Part shown: positions 27,915 through 38,920 of the stretch, piece after piece
Layout: every line of letters begins with the position of its first letter
Position numbering within the stretch: the stretch's first letter is position 1
Translations under genes and position numbers: made by a program
Source of the DNA: Bacteroidota bacterium
GTDB taxonomy: Bacteria; Bacteroidota; Bacteroidia; CAIKAF01
Assembly (NCBI GenBank): GCA_016866335.1
Contig: VGMT01000008.1
Coordinates: 12,049 to 76,048, forward strand
Direction of reading: 5' to 3'
Length of the DNA: 64,000 nucleotides
The notes under the pieces: model-generated
What the model was told of the DNA's origin: nothing
Databases searched by the model: none
The model's input: only the letters and a program-made list of their open reading frames with translations

Positions 27915-28030
27915 AATACCATGCCGCTAACCTTGCTAATTGGGACTAATGGCCCACATTTGGGAACCTAGCATGAAAGGGAAACCATTCAATCTGCAAA
28001 AAACGTACTTTTGAAAAAATCTCTACACGC

Positions 28031-29890
28031 ATGACCCGATTGTTTTGGGCTCTTTTGAGCCTGTATTTTTTCCCTCTTGCAGCACAACAACCTACAACAT
28101 TTTCATGCCCAAGGCTAGGGGTTAGTTCCATGCCCGAAGGCTTGGAAACAGAATGGATGAGTGATTTGGTAAGCCGCGAAGCACCCAACTTTCTATCCAA
28201 GCCCGACAAGCGGTTTATGTACGAACAAAAGGATAAAAGCGCTAAACTTTTCCCAAGAAAATCAAAAGTTGCCTCTGCCGAAAAAAGCCTGGTTCCCCAA
28301 CCCATTTTGGGAACCGCATTCCAAGGAAACGTCTTTAGCAGCAGCGTGCCCATGGACAATTCAATGGCATTCAATGAAGACTCCCTGTTGGTTTCTGCCA
28401 TCAATACTACCATTCGTGTGTACAGTAGAAACACCGGAATTCTGCGCTCATCTTTGACCCTTCGATACTTTACCGATGCTGTAGGTTTAATTGGAACCGC
28501 AAACTACCGATATGACCCCAAAGTTATCTTCGACCCCCTAGCCCAACGCTTTATGGCCGTTATTTTAAACGGAAGCGTCGCTGCCACCTCTAAAATTATT
28601 CTTGCCTTCTCGCAAACCTCAGATCCCCGCGGCGACTGGAACATGTACACCCTTCCCGGTAATCCTTTTAATGACTCTACCTGGTTTGATTTCCCTTGCA
28701 TTAGTTTCACCGAAAATGAGGTTTTTATTACTGGCAATCAAATTCGGGAAGGAGTTAGTTGGCAAATGGGCTTTCGGCAATCCGTCATCTGGCAAATTCG
28801 AAAACAAGAAGGCTACAACGGCGATTCTCTTCACAGCCAGGTTTGGTCAGGAATTGAATACGGCGGACGGCCCCTTAGAAACCTTCATGCCGTAACCCGT
28901 TGCTCCGATTTCACCAGTAACCCAGAACAGTATTTTTTGTCAAACCGAAATTTCGATGTTCAAAACGATTCCCTCTTTCTGCTGAAAATCAGCGACACCA
29001 TTGGAACCGGAACCCTTTCTATTCAACACATTCAACTTCCCCTTGCATATGGAGTTCCTCCCGAGGCAAGGCAGCCAGACACAGCAAAAACCTTAGCCAC
29101 AAACGACGCCCGGGTTTTAGCCGCAAATCTTGACAGAGGCCGTATTCAATTTGTTGGAAATACCCTTGATACCTCAACCGGTTCCTGCGGCATTTACCTA
29201 GGTCAAGTTGCTCAACTTAACCAAGCTAACCCCCTTGTTGAACATGCCAGAATCATTGGATTTGATACCCTAGATTTGGGATACCCAAACCTGGTTACCA
29301 TTGGTTATGCTCCCGACAACAGCCCAAGGGCAATTGTGGCCTTTAACCACAGTGGCCCCTCTACCTTCCCCGGAATTTCTGCGCTCACCTTTGATCAAGG
29401 GCAGGTTTCTGACCTGATTCGTGTTAAAACTGGGCTTCAAAGCCTAAATGTTATCGAGGGACCAAGCGAAAGATGGGGAGATTATTTCGGAGCCCAACAG
29501 TATTTCCCAGAATACGGCAAAATTTGGATTGCTGGAACGTTTGGAGCCGCTGACAAACGCCATTCAACTTGGATTGCCGAACTCATCAGCCCTTTTGGTT
29601 CTTCGCCTGCAGCGGTTCAACCCATCAACCCAAACAACCCCTCATCCTTTCTTTTTCCAAACCCCTCTTTCCAACGCAGCTTTTTCCGGTTTAATCTCAC
29701 CCAACCCGGTCCAGTTAAACTTGATTTGTTCGACCTTAACGGCAAATCCCTTGGAACTGTTTACCAGGGAATGGGCCTTAAAGGAGAACAAGAAATAGGT
29801 TTTGAAATCGGACATTTACCCCCCGCCAGTTACTTGGTAGTTCTAACCTCGCCGCTAGGAAAAACAACAAAAACCATCGTTAAACAATAG
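28031..29890 (+). CDS. secreted hypothetical protein with T9SS C-terminal sorting domain
   Basis: A signal peptide is present. The C-terminal roughly 80 aa (VKLDLFDLNGKSLGTVYQG...YLVVLTSPLGKTTKTIVKQ) match the Por-secretion CTD pattern. Confidence 0.55.
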   Translation: MTRLFWALLSLYFFPLAAQQPTTFSCPRLGVSSMPEGLETEWMSDLVSREAPNFLSKPDKRFMYEQKDKSAKLFPRKSKVASAEKSLVPQPILGTAFQGNVFSSSVPMDNSMAFNEDSLLVSAINTTIRVYSRNTGILRSSLTLRYFTDAVGLIGTANYRYDPKVIFDPLAQRFMAVILNGSVAATSKIILAFSQTSDPRGDWNMYTLPGNPFNDSTWFDFPCISFTENEVFITGNQIREGVSWQMGFRQSVIWQIRKQEGYNGDSLHSQVWSGIEYGGRPLRNLHAVTRCSDFTSNPEQYFLSNRNFDVQNDSLFLLKISDTIGTGTLSIQHIQLPLAYGVPPEARQPDTAKTLATNDARVLAANLDRGRIQFVGNTLDTSTGSCGIYLGQVAQLNQANPLVEHARIIGFDTLDLGYPNLVTIGYAPDNSPRAIVAFNHSGPSTFPGISALTFDQGQVSDLIRVKTGLQSLNVIEGPSERWGDYFGAQQYFPEYGKIWIAGTFGAADKRHSTWIAELISPFGSSPAAVQPINPNNPSSFLFPNPSFQRSFFRFNLTQPGPVKLDLFDLNGKSLGTVYQGMGLKGEQEIGFEIGHLPPASYLVVLTSPLGKTTKTIVKQ

Positions 29891-29893
29891 GGC

Positions 29894-31342
29894 GTGAACG
29901 GCTGGATTATTCTTTTACTTTTTCTAGCTTACCTTTCTTTTTTAGCCTTGGTAGGCTACCTGACTGGTAAAAATACCGACGAAGCAGGTTTTCATAAGGG
30001 CGGAAAAAAAACGGCTTGGTACATCATTGCCCTCGGTATGGTGGCCGATAGCCTTAGCGGGGTGACCTTTATTAGCATCCCTGGAAATGTCCACGGGCAA
30101 GGTTTCTCTTACATGCAAATTGTTTTAGGTTATTTTCTAGGATATCAAATTATTGCAGCTGTCCTTATCCCCTTGTATTTCAAACTCAACTTAACCAGTA
30201 TTTACGAATATCTACAGCTTCGTTTTGGAATCATTGGGCAAAAAACCGGATCCGCCTTTTTTCTTATCTCCCGAATCATCGGTGCCTCTGGCAGGCTTTT
30301 TCTGGCTGTAAGTATTTTTCAGTTTTTTTTCCTTGATTCCCTTGGCGTCCCCCTTGAAATTACGGTGGTTGCCATCATGGCTCTCATGTACCTCTACACC
30401 TATAAGGGGGGAATTAAAACCCTGTTGTGGACCGATGCCATTCAAGCCTTTGTCATGTTGGCCGCTCTTGGCCTTACCCTTTATTCCATCCATGAATCCC
30501 TTAATCTTTCTTTGCTGGAATGGAAAAGAATCGCAACCAAATCTTGGTGGATTTCCAACCCTCAAGATCCACATTTTTGGGGAAAAGACATCTTGGCAGG
30601 GGCCTTTATAGCCCTAAGCATGACAGGATTAGACCAAACAATGATGCAAAAAAGCCTTGCTTGCAAACAGGTTAAAGACGCTCGAAAAAATATGATTTGG
30701 TTTGGTTTCGCTATTGTTTTTGTCAATTTTGCCTTCTTGCTTCTCGGCGCAGGCCTTTCGCATTTTCTCTTCGCAAAAGGGCTTATTGGAATGGAGTTAA
30801 AAGCCGACCATATTTTCCCATACCTGGCTTTTCATGAACTCGGAACCTTGGCCATGATTGCCTTTTCGCTCGGGTTAATTGCGGCATCCTTGAGCAGTGC
30901 CGATTCCGTTTTAACTACCCTTACCACCGCCTTTTGCATGGATTTTCTTAATTTTTCAAACCCTGAATCCCTGCCAAAAAATCCCGCTCGCATTCGCCAA
31001 AATGTGCATCTTGGCTTTGCCCTGACTCTCTGGCTTTGCATTCTAGCTTTCGACGCCTTGACCAACGACAGCCTTATTTATGTTATTCTAACCCTGGCTG
31101 GTTACACCTATGGTCCCTTGCTCGGTTTATTCAGTTTCGGACTTATCTTACCTAAACTCAAACCAATTCCTTGGACCATTCCCCTTGTTTCAATTATTTC
31201 AGTAGGTCTTACCGCACTCTTTAATTATGTGTTGGCCCCAAACTGGGGCTATTCCCCTGGATTTGAACTTTTACCTCTCAACGGATGCATTACCTTTGTT
31301 GGACTATGGATTTCATCTTTATTTCGCCCCTTAAACGCTTAA
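29894..31342 (+). CDS. sodium:solute symporter family transporter
   Basis: About 13 TM helices are predicted. SSF-like N-terminal motifs are present. Confidence 0.72.
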   Translation: MNGWIILLLFLAYLSFLALVGYLTGKNTDEAGFHKGGKKTAWYIIALGMVADSLSGVTFISIPGNVHGQGFSYMQIVLGYFLGYQIIAAVLIPLYFKLNLTSIYEYLQLRFGIIGQKTGSAFFLISRIIGASGRLFLAVSIFQFFFLDSLGVPLEITVVAIMALMYLYTYKGGIKTLLWTDAIQAFVMLAALGLTLYSIHESLNLSLLEWKRIATKSWWISNPQDPHFWGKDILAGAFIALSMTGLDQTMMQKSLACKQVKDARKNMIWFGFAIVFVNFAFLLLGAGLSHFLFAKGLIGMELKADHIFPYLAFHELGTLAMIAFSLGLIAASLSSADSVLTTLTTAFCMDFLNFSNPESLPKNPARIRQNVHLGFALTLWLCILAFDALTNDSLIYVILTLAGYTYGPLLGLFSFGLILPKLKPIPWTIPLVSIISVGLTALFNYVLAPNWGYSPGFELLPLNGCITFVGLWISSLFRPLNA

Positions 31343-32451
31343 TCGTTTTTGTATTGGTTTGCCTACCAGGTTTAGGTAGCTGCCAAGCCATCGCCGATGG
31401 ATTGATTTATTCCCTCCCAAAATCGGAATTCACTTTGCTTGGAACGGTACGCACAACCCAATACACTCCAGGCCCTTTAGCAACTTACGCAAAAAAATAC
31501 TTGGGAATTCAGGCCAAAGAGATGCCCGAAACAATCCATCAAATTACACAAAGCAAGCTTATTTTAAATTTGTTGCCCGACACAGCATGCCTTTATTTGG
31601 TTCCCAACGCTGTGCTGCAGCAAAACCGATTCAACTTTGGTAGGGGATCAATGCTGCTTTCTGTCAATTCGCCCAACCCAGCCCCTCAACACAATCAAGG
31701 TTTATTCAGTAGGTCTGCAAGCAGCACTGGAAATACTGATTTGCCTGTGCTGCCAATGTTATGCCTAACCCAAGAAACCGACACCATTTATCGCCGAGAA
31801 CTCTTGGCAGATTCCGTTGTGGTTGAACACTGGGAAATTCAAACCCTAATTCAACAGCAAACCACCGAGGAAATTGCCAAAAGTACGGCGCAAAAACTGG
31901 TTCAATTGGAGCAAGAACGGCAACAGTTGCTGCGATTCAATGAAGATGTTCAGTATTCTGGACCCGCCCTTCGGGTCATGCTTCAGAGGCTAGATTCCTT
32001 AGAAACATATTACCATGAATTGTTCCAAGGCCGACAAACTCACCGTATGACTGCTTTTTCCTTTCCTCTTACCCTTTCTAATTCTGAGCTGGCTGATTTG
32101 CAACTTAAAGGACACACAACCAAAGTCATCGCTGGTTTTTCTGCTGACGCAGGCTTCACTTCCGATACCTCCCAAGCATTGCCTCTCGTGCTCAGCATCC
32201 AAGGCTTGGGATTGCCGCAAGCCATGCGCCGGTTTATTCCCGAAAAAGCTGCCAAATCATCCGAAGGTTTGCTGCTTCGCATTCCTGAGCGTTGCACTAT
32301 GCAAATTTCGCTTGGGAATACTTTGCTGATTCGCGAATATCAGCCCCTATTTCAGTTGGGTACTTTGGTGCGCATTCCGCTTCCTAAATCAGGTATTTTA
32401 GAATATTCAATTTGGCCCGAATTGGGCAATCCTGATTCGGTTGAATGGTGA
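31306..32451 (+). CDS. hypothetical lipoprotein
   Basis: A signal peptide with lipobox CLPGLGSC is present. No recognisable catalytic motif was found, and the 5' end overlaps the symporter gene. Confidence 0.4.
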   Translation: MDFIFISPLKRLIVFVLVCLPGLGSCQAIADGLIYSLPKSEFTLLGTVRTTQYTPGPLATYAKKYLGIQAKEMPETIHQITQSKLILNLLPDTACLYLVPNAVLQQNRFNFGRGSMLLSVNSPNPAPQHNQGLFSRSASSTGNTDLPVLPMLCLTQETDTIYRRELLADSVVVEHWEIQTLIQQQTTEEIAKSTAQKLVQLEQERQQLLRFNEDVQYSGPALRVMLQRLDSLETYYHELFQGRQTHRMTAFSFPLTLSNSELADLQLKGHTTKVIAGFSADAGFTSDTSQALPLVLSIQGLGLPQAMRRFIPEKAAKSSEGLLLRIPERCTMQISLGNTLLIREYQPLFQLGTLVRIPLPKSGILEYSIWPELGNPDSVEW

Positions 32452-32454
32452 ATT

Positions 32455-32606
32455 GTGGGCGGGTTCCGGGCTTTCACAGGTAGTCCGCACCCATGCATGC
32501 TGGCTACAGCGGCTTTGCGCGGGCTCCTAAAGTCGCCTGCGCAGCTCGCGTAGCCATACTTGCATGGTTTTGCGGGCTACCTAGCTCAATCCCGCCCGCG
32601 GCCACT
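32455..32606 (+). repeat. GC-rich long-hairpin intergenic element, copy B
   Basis: It is collinear with copy A in CCGGGCTTTCA, TTTGCGGG.TA.C and TCAATCCC.GCCGC. Its stem AGGTAGTCCGCA/TGCGGGCTACCT covaries with copy A. It begins 4 nt after the upstream stop codon and is convergent with pnp. Confidence 0.65.
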
Positions 32607-32669
32607 CATTTCAATACTCCTTTCAAAAAAAATGCTCCCGAAGGAGCATATATTAGTTAAATCCGCGGA

Positions 32670-34874
32670 TTAGTAATCGCGGCGGGGACGAGGACGATCT
32701 CCGCGACCGCCATCTCGGCCTTCTGGGCGGGGACCACGTTCTTCCGGAGCAACCCAACCTTCTGGCTTTGGCAAAAGCGCACGGCGCGACAAACGTAATT
32801 TTCCAGTTGCTTGATCTACCTCCAACAACTGAACATCTATCGTGTCTCCCTCATTCAAAACCTGAGCAATATCTGGAGTTTTTTCCCAGGCATACTCAGA
32901 AATATGAAGCAAACCTTCTTTTTTAGGTAAAATTTCTACAAAGGCTCCAAATGTAGTAATCTTCTTTACCACACCTGTAAAACGATCGCCTGGTTCTGGC
33001 ACACTTGTCATTAAACGAATGCGCTCCTGAGCCATTTTAATACCAACAGGATCTGACCCAGCAATTTCAATCACTCCCTTATTGTCAACATCCTCTAAGC
33101 TAATCACTGTATTGGTCGTCTTCTGCAATTCCTGAATATGCTTACCTCCAGGCCCGATAACCGCACCAATGAATTCCCCTGGAATAATCATGGTTACAAT
33201 TTGTGGTACAAAAGGTTTGAATTCCGCACGAGGCTTTGGCTGAACCGAATCCATAACATCTAAAATATGAATTCGGCCCCGCTTTGCCTGCTCTAAAGCC
33301 TCTTTCAATACTTCAAATGACAAGCCGTTTACCTTAATGTCCATTTGGCAGGCGGTAATTCCCTGACGGGTCCCAGCCACTTTAAAGTCCATGTCGCCAA
33401 GATGATCTTCATCCCCTAAAATATCAGATAAAATAGCATACTTGCCCGTTTCTTCGTCCGATATCAATCCCATGGCAATTCCTGAAACGTGACCTTTCAC
33501 AGGTATCGCAGCATCATGCATCGCCAATGAACCGGCACAAACGGTAGCCATAGAACTTGAACCATTGGATTCCAAAATATCGCTAACAATACGAACCGCA
33601 TAATCAAAATCGCTAGGCACAACCTGTTTAAGAGCACGCAAGGCCAGGTTACCGTGGCCAACCTCACGGCGACCTGTGCCACGCATAGGTTTTGCTTCGC
33701 CCGTAGAAAACGGAGGGAAATTGTAGTGCAACAAGAAACGGTTTTTTCCCTCAATTACTACCCCATCAATAATCTGCTCATCTAATTTGGTACCTAAGGT
33801 TACCGTAGTAAGCGACTGGGTTTCTCCACGTGTAAATACAGCCGAGCCATGAACCATGGGTAGGTAATCGGTTTCTGCCCAAATCGGACGAATTTCATCA
33901 AGTTTACGGCCATCTAAACGCTTGCGCTCATTTAATACACAATCGCGAACTGCTTTCTTTTCAACCGAATGAAAATAGGCTTTGATTAAAAATGAATTTT
34001 CAGCAGCTTCTTCCGAACTTAACCCAGCCACGAACTCTTCTCTAATAGCCTTGAATTTTTCAGATCGCAATTTCTTATTTGCATTTCCTTCGTTGGCTAT
34101 ATCATAGGCACGTTGATAAGCAAACGCAGAAATCCGAGTTTTTAAATCTAGATTGTGTTTTTCATGAGAATAACTACGCTTGGTTTTACCCAATTTAGAT
34201 GCCAATTCAACCTGTGCCTTCACCTGAACCCTAATGGCTTTGTGGGCAAATTCTAAGGCTGAAAGCAAAACATCCTCGCCCACCTCCTTCATTTCTCCTT
34301 CCACCATGACAATATCGTTGGCGTTTCCTGCCACCATCAAATCTAAATCAGCACGCTCTAAATCCGAACGAAATGGGTTGACCACAAAATGACCATCAAT
34401 CCGAGCAACCCGAACTTCAGAAATAGGGGCTGTAAATGGAATATCTGAAACAGCGATGGCTGCCGAGGCTGCCAAACCCGCTAAGCAATCAGGTAGCAGT
34501 TCTTTATCATGGCTAATCAAATAAACCAAAACCTGAGTTTCAGCATGAAAATCATCAGGAAATGTGGGGCGTAAAGCACGATCAATCAACCTAGATATCA
34601 AAATCTCTTGGTCAGAAGGACGAGCTTCGCGCCTAAAAAAGCCACCAGGAAAACGTCCTGCGGCAGCATACATTTCTCGGTAATCTACCGTCAATGGCAT
34701 AAAATCTACATTTTCGCCTGCCTCTGGGCGTGCCACTGCCGTGGCCAACAACATTGTGTTGCCCATGCGAACCACCACAGAACCATCTGCCTGCTTGGCC
34801 AATTTTCCTGTTTCTATGGTCACTAAACGGCCATCTCCCAAATCAATGGTTTGGGTAATTGCTTGAATACTCAT
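32670..34874 (-). CDS. pnp: polyribonucleotide nucleotidyltransferase (PNPase)
   Basis: Two RNase PH domains plus KH and S1 domains are present. The C-terminus has an Arg/Gly-rich tail. Confidence 0.9.
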   Translation of the reverse strand: MSIQAITQTIDLGDGRLVTIETGKLAKQADGSVVVRMGNTMLLATAVARPEAGENVDFMPLTVDYREMYAAAGRFPGGFFRREARPSDQEILISRLIDRALRPTFPDDFHAETQVLVYLISHDKELLPDCLAGLAASAAIAVSDIPFTAPISEVRVARIDGHFVVNPFRSDLERADLDLMVAGNANDIVMVEGEMKEVGEDVLLSALEFAHKAIRVQVKAQVELASKLGKTKRSYSHEKHNLDLKTRISAFAYQRAYDIANEGNANKKLRSEKFKAIREEFVAGLSSEEAAENSFLIKAYFHSVEKKAVRDCVLNERKRLDGRKLDEIRPIWAETDYLPMVHGSAVFTRGETQSLTTVTLGTKLDEQIIDGVVIEGKNRFLLHYNFPPFSTGEAKPMRGTGRREVGHGNLALRALKQVVPSDFDYAVRIVSDILESNGSSSMATVCAGSLAMHDAAIPVKGHVSGIAMGLISDEETGKYAILSDILGDEDHLGDMDFKVAGTRQGITACQMDIKVNGLSFEVLKEALEQAKRGRIHILDVMDSVQPKPRAEFKPFVPQIVTMIIPGEFIGAVIGPGGKHIQELQKTTNTVISLEDVDNKGVIEIAGSDPVGIKMAQERIRLMTSVPEPGDRFTGVVKKITTFGAFVEILPKKEGLLHISEYAWEKTPDIAQVLNEGDTIDVQLLEVDQATGKLRLSRRALLPKPEGWVAPEERGPRPEGRDGGRGDRPRPRRDY

Positions 34875-34929
34875 AAGATTGTTTTTTGCATCAAATAAAA
34901 AAAGGCAACATGGTTGCCTTTGAAGTCAC

Positions 34930-35199
34930 TTATTTCCTTAAGCCTAACTTAGCGACAATCGCACGATAGCGAATGATGTCCGTATTAATAAGGTAATTCA
35001 ACAGTTTTCTGCGTTTTCCTACCAATGCAATCAGGGAACGCTGGGTGCCGAAATCTTTACGATTCCGTTTTAAGTGCTCTGTTAAATGATTGATGCGATG
35101 CGAAAAGAGCGCGATTTGGGCCTCAGCACTTCCTGTATTTGTCTCGGAACCGCCGTGCTCGCTGAAGAATTGCTTTTTTACTTCTGTCGTTAAGTACAT
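34930..35199 (-). CDS. rpsO: 30S ribosomal protein S15
   Basis: The 89-aa protein MYLTTEVKKQ...IVAKLGLRK matches the S15 signature. The ORF-track start at 35325 is an upstream extension. Confidence 0.85.
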   Translation of the reverse strand: MYLTTEVKKQFFSEHGGSETNTGSAEAQIALFSHRINHLTEHLKRNRKDFGTQRSLIALVGKRRKLLNYLINTDIIRYRAIVAKLGLRK

Positions 35200-35529
35200 T
35201 TCTTTCGGTAATTTTAGTCCGCAAAGATAGAAATTATTTCGGTATTGCATCAACCTACCTTCTCTTTTCATTCTAAATTTTCCTTTAGATGATTTCTGAA
35301 TTCCAATTTCTCTCTTGCCCAACATCTGGTTTTGCTCTAATCAAACCGAGTTTTATACAACCAAGTACGAAAGCCCCTCACCCTGTTAAACCAAAAAACA
35401 AATTTGGTTATGTTTTAATTTTTTTTTGCTCATCTGCGCTTTTAGGCTTTGGAATAACAATGTCTTTTATTTACTTTCGGGCGAACTTTAAAATCAAGAT
35501 AAAAGAACTTAACGCTTAAATCAGAGGAG

Positions 35530-36816
35530 ATGTCAGACACAGCGGAATTAAAATTTGGAGGAGCTTCGTACGAGTTGCCAGTAGTTGAGGGTACCGAAAA
35601 CGAAAAAGCCATTGACATTGCAAACCTGCGCAGCCAATCAGGGTTGATTACCCTTGATTCCGGATACAAAAATACCGGAGCTACCACCAGCAGCATTACC
35701 TATTTAGATGGAGAGGAAGGTATTCTAAGGTACCGAGGCTACCCCATTGAACAGCTTGCCGAAAAATCCAATTTCCTTGAAGTTGCTCATCTTCTCATTT
35801 ACGGAGAACTGCCTACCAAAGATACCCTTCAGCAATTTTCTCGCAGCATCGCCGAACACAGCATGCTGCATGAAAATATGCGCGGCTTCTTCAGTTCCTT
35901 TCCTTTAAATGCACACCCCATGGGTGTAGCGGCCGCGGTAACCACTACCCTATCGACCTTTTACCCCGGTTCCTTAGATCCGCATCGAAGCGAAGATAAA
36001 GTCAATTTAACCATCCTCCGTCTTTTAGCTAAATTCCCAACCATCGCAACTTGGGCCTATAAATCTAGCCTTGGTCGTCCTTTTGTATATCCAAGTACAA
36101 AACTAGATTATGTTGAGAATTTTTTAAATATGATGTTCGCTGGCCCAACCAACGATTACCATGTTGACGCCGTCGTTACAAATGCCTTAGACAAGCTTCT
36201 AATATTGCATGCTGACCATGAGCAAAATTGCTCAACCTCTACCGTTCGCTTGGCAGGTTCCTCTCAGGCCAACCTATATGGTTCTATAGCTGCCGGTATC
36301 GTTGCCCTTTGGGGCCCTCTTCATGGCGGTGCCAATCAGGCGGTTATTGAAATGCTTGATAAAATTCAAAACGAGGGCGGAAGTATCGATAAATGGGTAG
36401 ATAGAGCGAAAGACAAAAACGACCCATTCCGTCTTATGGGATTTGGTCACCGGGTGTACAAAAATTTTGATCCACGTGCCAAAATCATCAAAAAAGCTTG
36501 CGATGACCTACTTAATCGCCTGGGAGTTAAAGACCCCGTCCTTGATATAGCTATGAAATTGGAGGAAATAGCCCTGAGCGATGAATACTTTATCGAAAGA
36601 AAGCTATACCCCAATGTTGATTTTTACAGCGGAATCATGTACAGGGCAATGGGCATTCCTCAAGATATGTTCACCGTTATGTTTGCCATGGGCCGACTTC
36701 CAGGTTGGATTGCTCAATGGAAAGAAATGGTTGCCAACAAAGAACCTATTGGTCGGCCACGTCAAATTTACACTGGGGCACGCATGCGTGATTATGTGAA
36801 TTTGGCCGAGCGTTGA
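35530..36816 (+). CDS. gltA: citrate synthase
   Basis: Active-site regions GFGHRVYK and HADHEQN are present in a 428-aa protein. Confidence 0.9.
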   Translation: MSDTAELKFGGASYELPVVEGTENEKAIDIANLRSQSGLITLDSGYKNTGATTSSITYLDGEEGILRYRGYPIEQLAEKSNFLEVAHLLIYGELPTKDTLQQFSRSIAEHSMLHENMRGFFSSFPLNAHPMGVAAAVTTTLSTFYPGSLDPHRSEDKVNLTILRLLAKFPTIATWAYKSSLGRPFVYPSTKLDYVENFLNMMFAGPTNDYHVDAVVTNALDKLLILHADHEQNCSTSTVRLAGSSQANLYGSIAAGIVALWGPLHGGANQAVIEMLDKIQNEGGSIDKWVDRAKDKNDPFRLMGFGHRVYKNFDPRAKIIKKACDDLLNRLGVKDPVLDIAMKLEEIALSDEYFIERKLYPNVDFYSGIMYRAMGIPQDMFTVMFAMGRLPGWIAQWKEMVANKEPIGRPRQIYTGARMRDYVNLAER

Positions 36817-36880
36817 TTGGTTGCACTCCTCGGTATTTATTCTTTCAAGGGTAATTTAGGGCTTTCTTAATCCGATTGGC

Positions 36881-36929
36881 TTAGGGTTAACAACATTTTA
36901 TGCTTAATCCTAACCCCCTATCCTTTTTT
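36881..36929 (+). terminator. candidate stem-loop/T-tract downstream of gltA
   Basis: An imperfect 10-bp inverted repeat TTAGGGTTAA/TTAATCCTAA is followed 9 nt later by a T7 run. This is a weak terminator geometry. Confidence 0.25.
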
Positions 36930-36988
36930 TACCTGTCAGGCACCCCCTAATCTGATTTCATTTTTCAGGCTTTACGTATCTTGCACCC

Positions 36989-38470
36989 ATGAAAAAAATA
37001 ATGGTGGCGAATCGAGGCGAAATCGCCTTAAGAATTATGAAAACCTGCAAAAAAATGGGCATCCAAACGGTAGCCGTTTTCAGTGAAGCAGATGCCCATG
37101 CCCCCCATGTTCAATTTGCCGACCAAGCGGTGCTGCTTGGACCCGCGCCCAGCAACCAATCTTACCTTAAAGGCGATTTAATCGTTCAAAAAGCATTGGA
37201 ATTGGGGGTTGATGGAATTCACCCTGGGTATGGCTTTTTATCAGAAAATGCCGAATTTGCAAGGGCAGTAACCCAAGCGGGAATAGTTTTTATTGGCCCA
37301 AGCCCTCAAGCAATGGAAATTATGGGGTCTAAACTTGGAGCTAAAGCGGCCGTTAAAAACTTCCAAGTCCCCTTGGTTCCAGGAACTGCCGAAGCAATTT
37401 CGGATATTGAAGAAGCCAAATCCATTGCTCATTCCATTGGATTTCCCGTGCTAATAAAAGCATCGGCCGGTGGAGGGGGAAAAGGTATGCGAATTGTCGA
37501 AGAAGCCAGTGAATTTGAAGATGCCCTATCGCGTGCCAGGTCCGAAGCCATCAACGCCTTTGGCGATGGTTCTGTTTTTATTGAAAAATACCTTGGCACT
37601 GCAAAACACATTGAAATTCAAGTTCTTGGCGACCAAAAAGGAAACGTGCTTTACCTTTTTGAACGCGAATGTTCCGTTCAAAGAAGACACCAAAAGGTGG
37701 TTGAGGAGGCTCCATCGGCAGTTTTATCGACAGATATCCGTAAAAAAATGGGCGAGGCCGCCGTTCAAGTAGCCAAAGCTTGCTCTTATACTGGAGCGGG
37801 TACCGTTGAATTTATTTACAACAATGGCGATTTTTATTTCTTAGAAATGAATACCCGCCTGCAAGTTGAACATCCCGTAACCGAAATGATAACCGGATTA
37901 GACTTGGTGGAATGGCAAATTCGCATTGCCCGAGGCGAAGCTCTTTCGATGAATCAGGATGATCTTAGAATTAATGGACATGCCATTGAAGTTCGCGTTT
38001 ATGCAGAAGACCCCCTCAATCAATTTTTACCTGATGTTGGTAAACTTCGCAGATACCGAGAGCCTCAAGGTAATGGTATTCGAGTAGATAGCGGGGTGTA
38101 CGAAAACATGGAAATTCCAATCCACTATGACCCCATGCTCTCTAAATTGATTGTCCATGGAAGCAACAGACAGGAAGCCATAGAAAAAACCTTAAAGGCC
38201 ATTGAAGAATACGAAATTGAGGGAGCATGCACAACCCTAGATTTTTGTCGGTTTGTTTTAAAGCACCCCAACTTTATTGATGCAACCTTTACAACACGTT
38301 TCGTTGAAGAACACTTTAAACCAGATATGCTTCGAGAATCAGTCCCGAGTAACATTGAAGCCCTAGCCGCAGCAGTAGCAGCAGAATTAATGCATAGGCA
38401 AGCCCACCTAAATGGAGCTCAACTTCAAGAAAACACGCTAAGTTCTTGGCAACTTCGTCAAGGGTTTTGA
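36989..38470 (+). CDS. accC: biotin carboxylase (acetyl-CoA carboxylase subunit-like)
   Basis: The N-terminus MKKIMVANRGEIALRI, an ATP-grasp domain and the EMNTRLQVEHPVTE motif are present. Confidence 0.8.
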   Translation: MKKIMVANRGEIALRIMKTCKKMGIQTVAVFSEADAHAPHVQFADQAVLLGPAPSNQSYLKGDLIVQKALELGVDGIHPGYGFLSENAEFARAVTQAGIVFIGPSPQAMEIMGSKLGAKAAVKNFQVPLVPGTAEAISDIEEAKSIAHSIGFPVLIKASAGGGGKGMRIVEEASEFEDALSRARSEAINAFGDGSVFIEKYLGTAKHIEIQVLGDQKGNVLYLFERECSVQRRHQKVVEEAPSAVLSTDIRKKMGEAAVQVAKACSYTGAGTVEFIYNNGDFYFLEMNTRLQVEHPVTEMITGLDLVEWQIRIARGEALSMNQDDLRINGHAIEVRVYAEDPLNQFLPDVGKLRRYREPQGNGIRVDSGVYENMEIPIHYDPMLSKLIVHGSNRQEAIEKTLKAIEEYEIEGACTTLDFCRFVLKHPNFIDATFTTRFVEEHFKPDMLRESVPSNIEALAAAVAAELMHRQAHLNGAQLQENTLSSWQLRQGF

Positions 38471-38910
38471 ACCGTTAACCGTTGTATTTTGGGTATTGGC
38501 CCTTGGCAGTAACTTTGATGGCAATTTAAACACGAAACTCTGAGCTTTTCATACGCCTGAACTTGTTCCTGTCCTTTACTGCTGCACATCTTTTCCAAAT
38601 CACTAAGCCATTGGTCTGAATAGGCATTAAAGTGGTTTCGGTCCCTTATAATACCTTCCGTTTCTTTGGCCGTTGAAAGGCGAACAAATTCCTCAGGGCA
38701 ATCCTGAATATCCAAACCCTTCTCCAAATTCCCTTTAGACTTCTCCATAAAATCCGTCATAGACCTCATTAACAGAGACAATTCACTGTCCCCGTTTGGA
38801 TTCACGACTGCCTTCTCCCTTATGGGAACTTCGGTATGATTGGATTTAGACTCTGATTGGCATGAAAGGGTAAGGAAAAGGGCAGTGCCACAAAAAACAA
38901 AGACCTTCAT
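38458..38910 (-). CDS. hypothetical lipoprotein
   Basis: A signal peptide with lipobox LFLTLSCQ is present. The protein is 150 aa with no recognisable motif. Confidence 0.35.
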   Translation of the reverse strand: MKVFVFCGTALFLTLSCQSESKSNHTEVPIREKAVVNPNGDSELSLLMRSMTDFMEKSKGNLEKGLDIQDCPEEFVRLSTAKETEGIIRDRNHFNAYSDQWLSDLEKMCSSKGQEQVQAYEKLRVSCLNCHQSYCQGPIPKIQRLTVQNP

Positions 38911-38920
38911 AAAAAAGCCC

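Noticed and set aside
27946-28434. 162-aa minus-strand ORF.
   Set aside because: It overlaps the 5' part of the T9SS-cargo gene and the gldF upstream region, and has no signal peptide or motif. The longer + strand gene has a clear signal peptide and CTD.
35200-35325. 5' extension of the rpsO ORF to 131 aa.
   Set aside because: S15 is a conserved ~89-aa protein beginning MYLTTEV here. The extension (MLGKREIGIQKSSKGKFRMKREGRLMQYRNNFYLCGLKLPKE) is non-homologous leader sequence.
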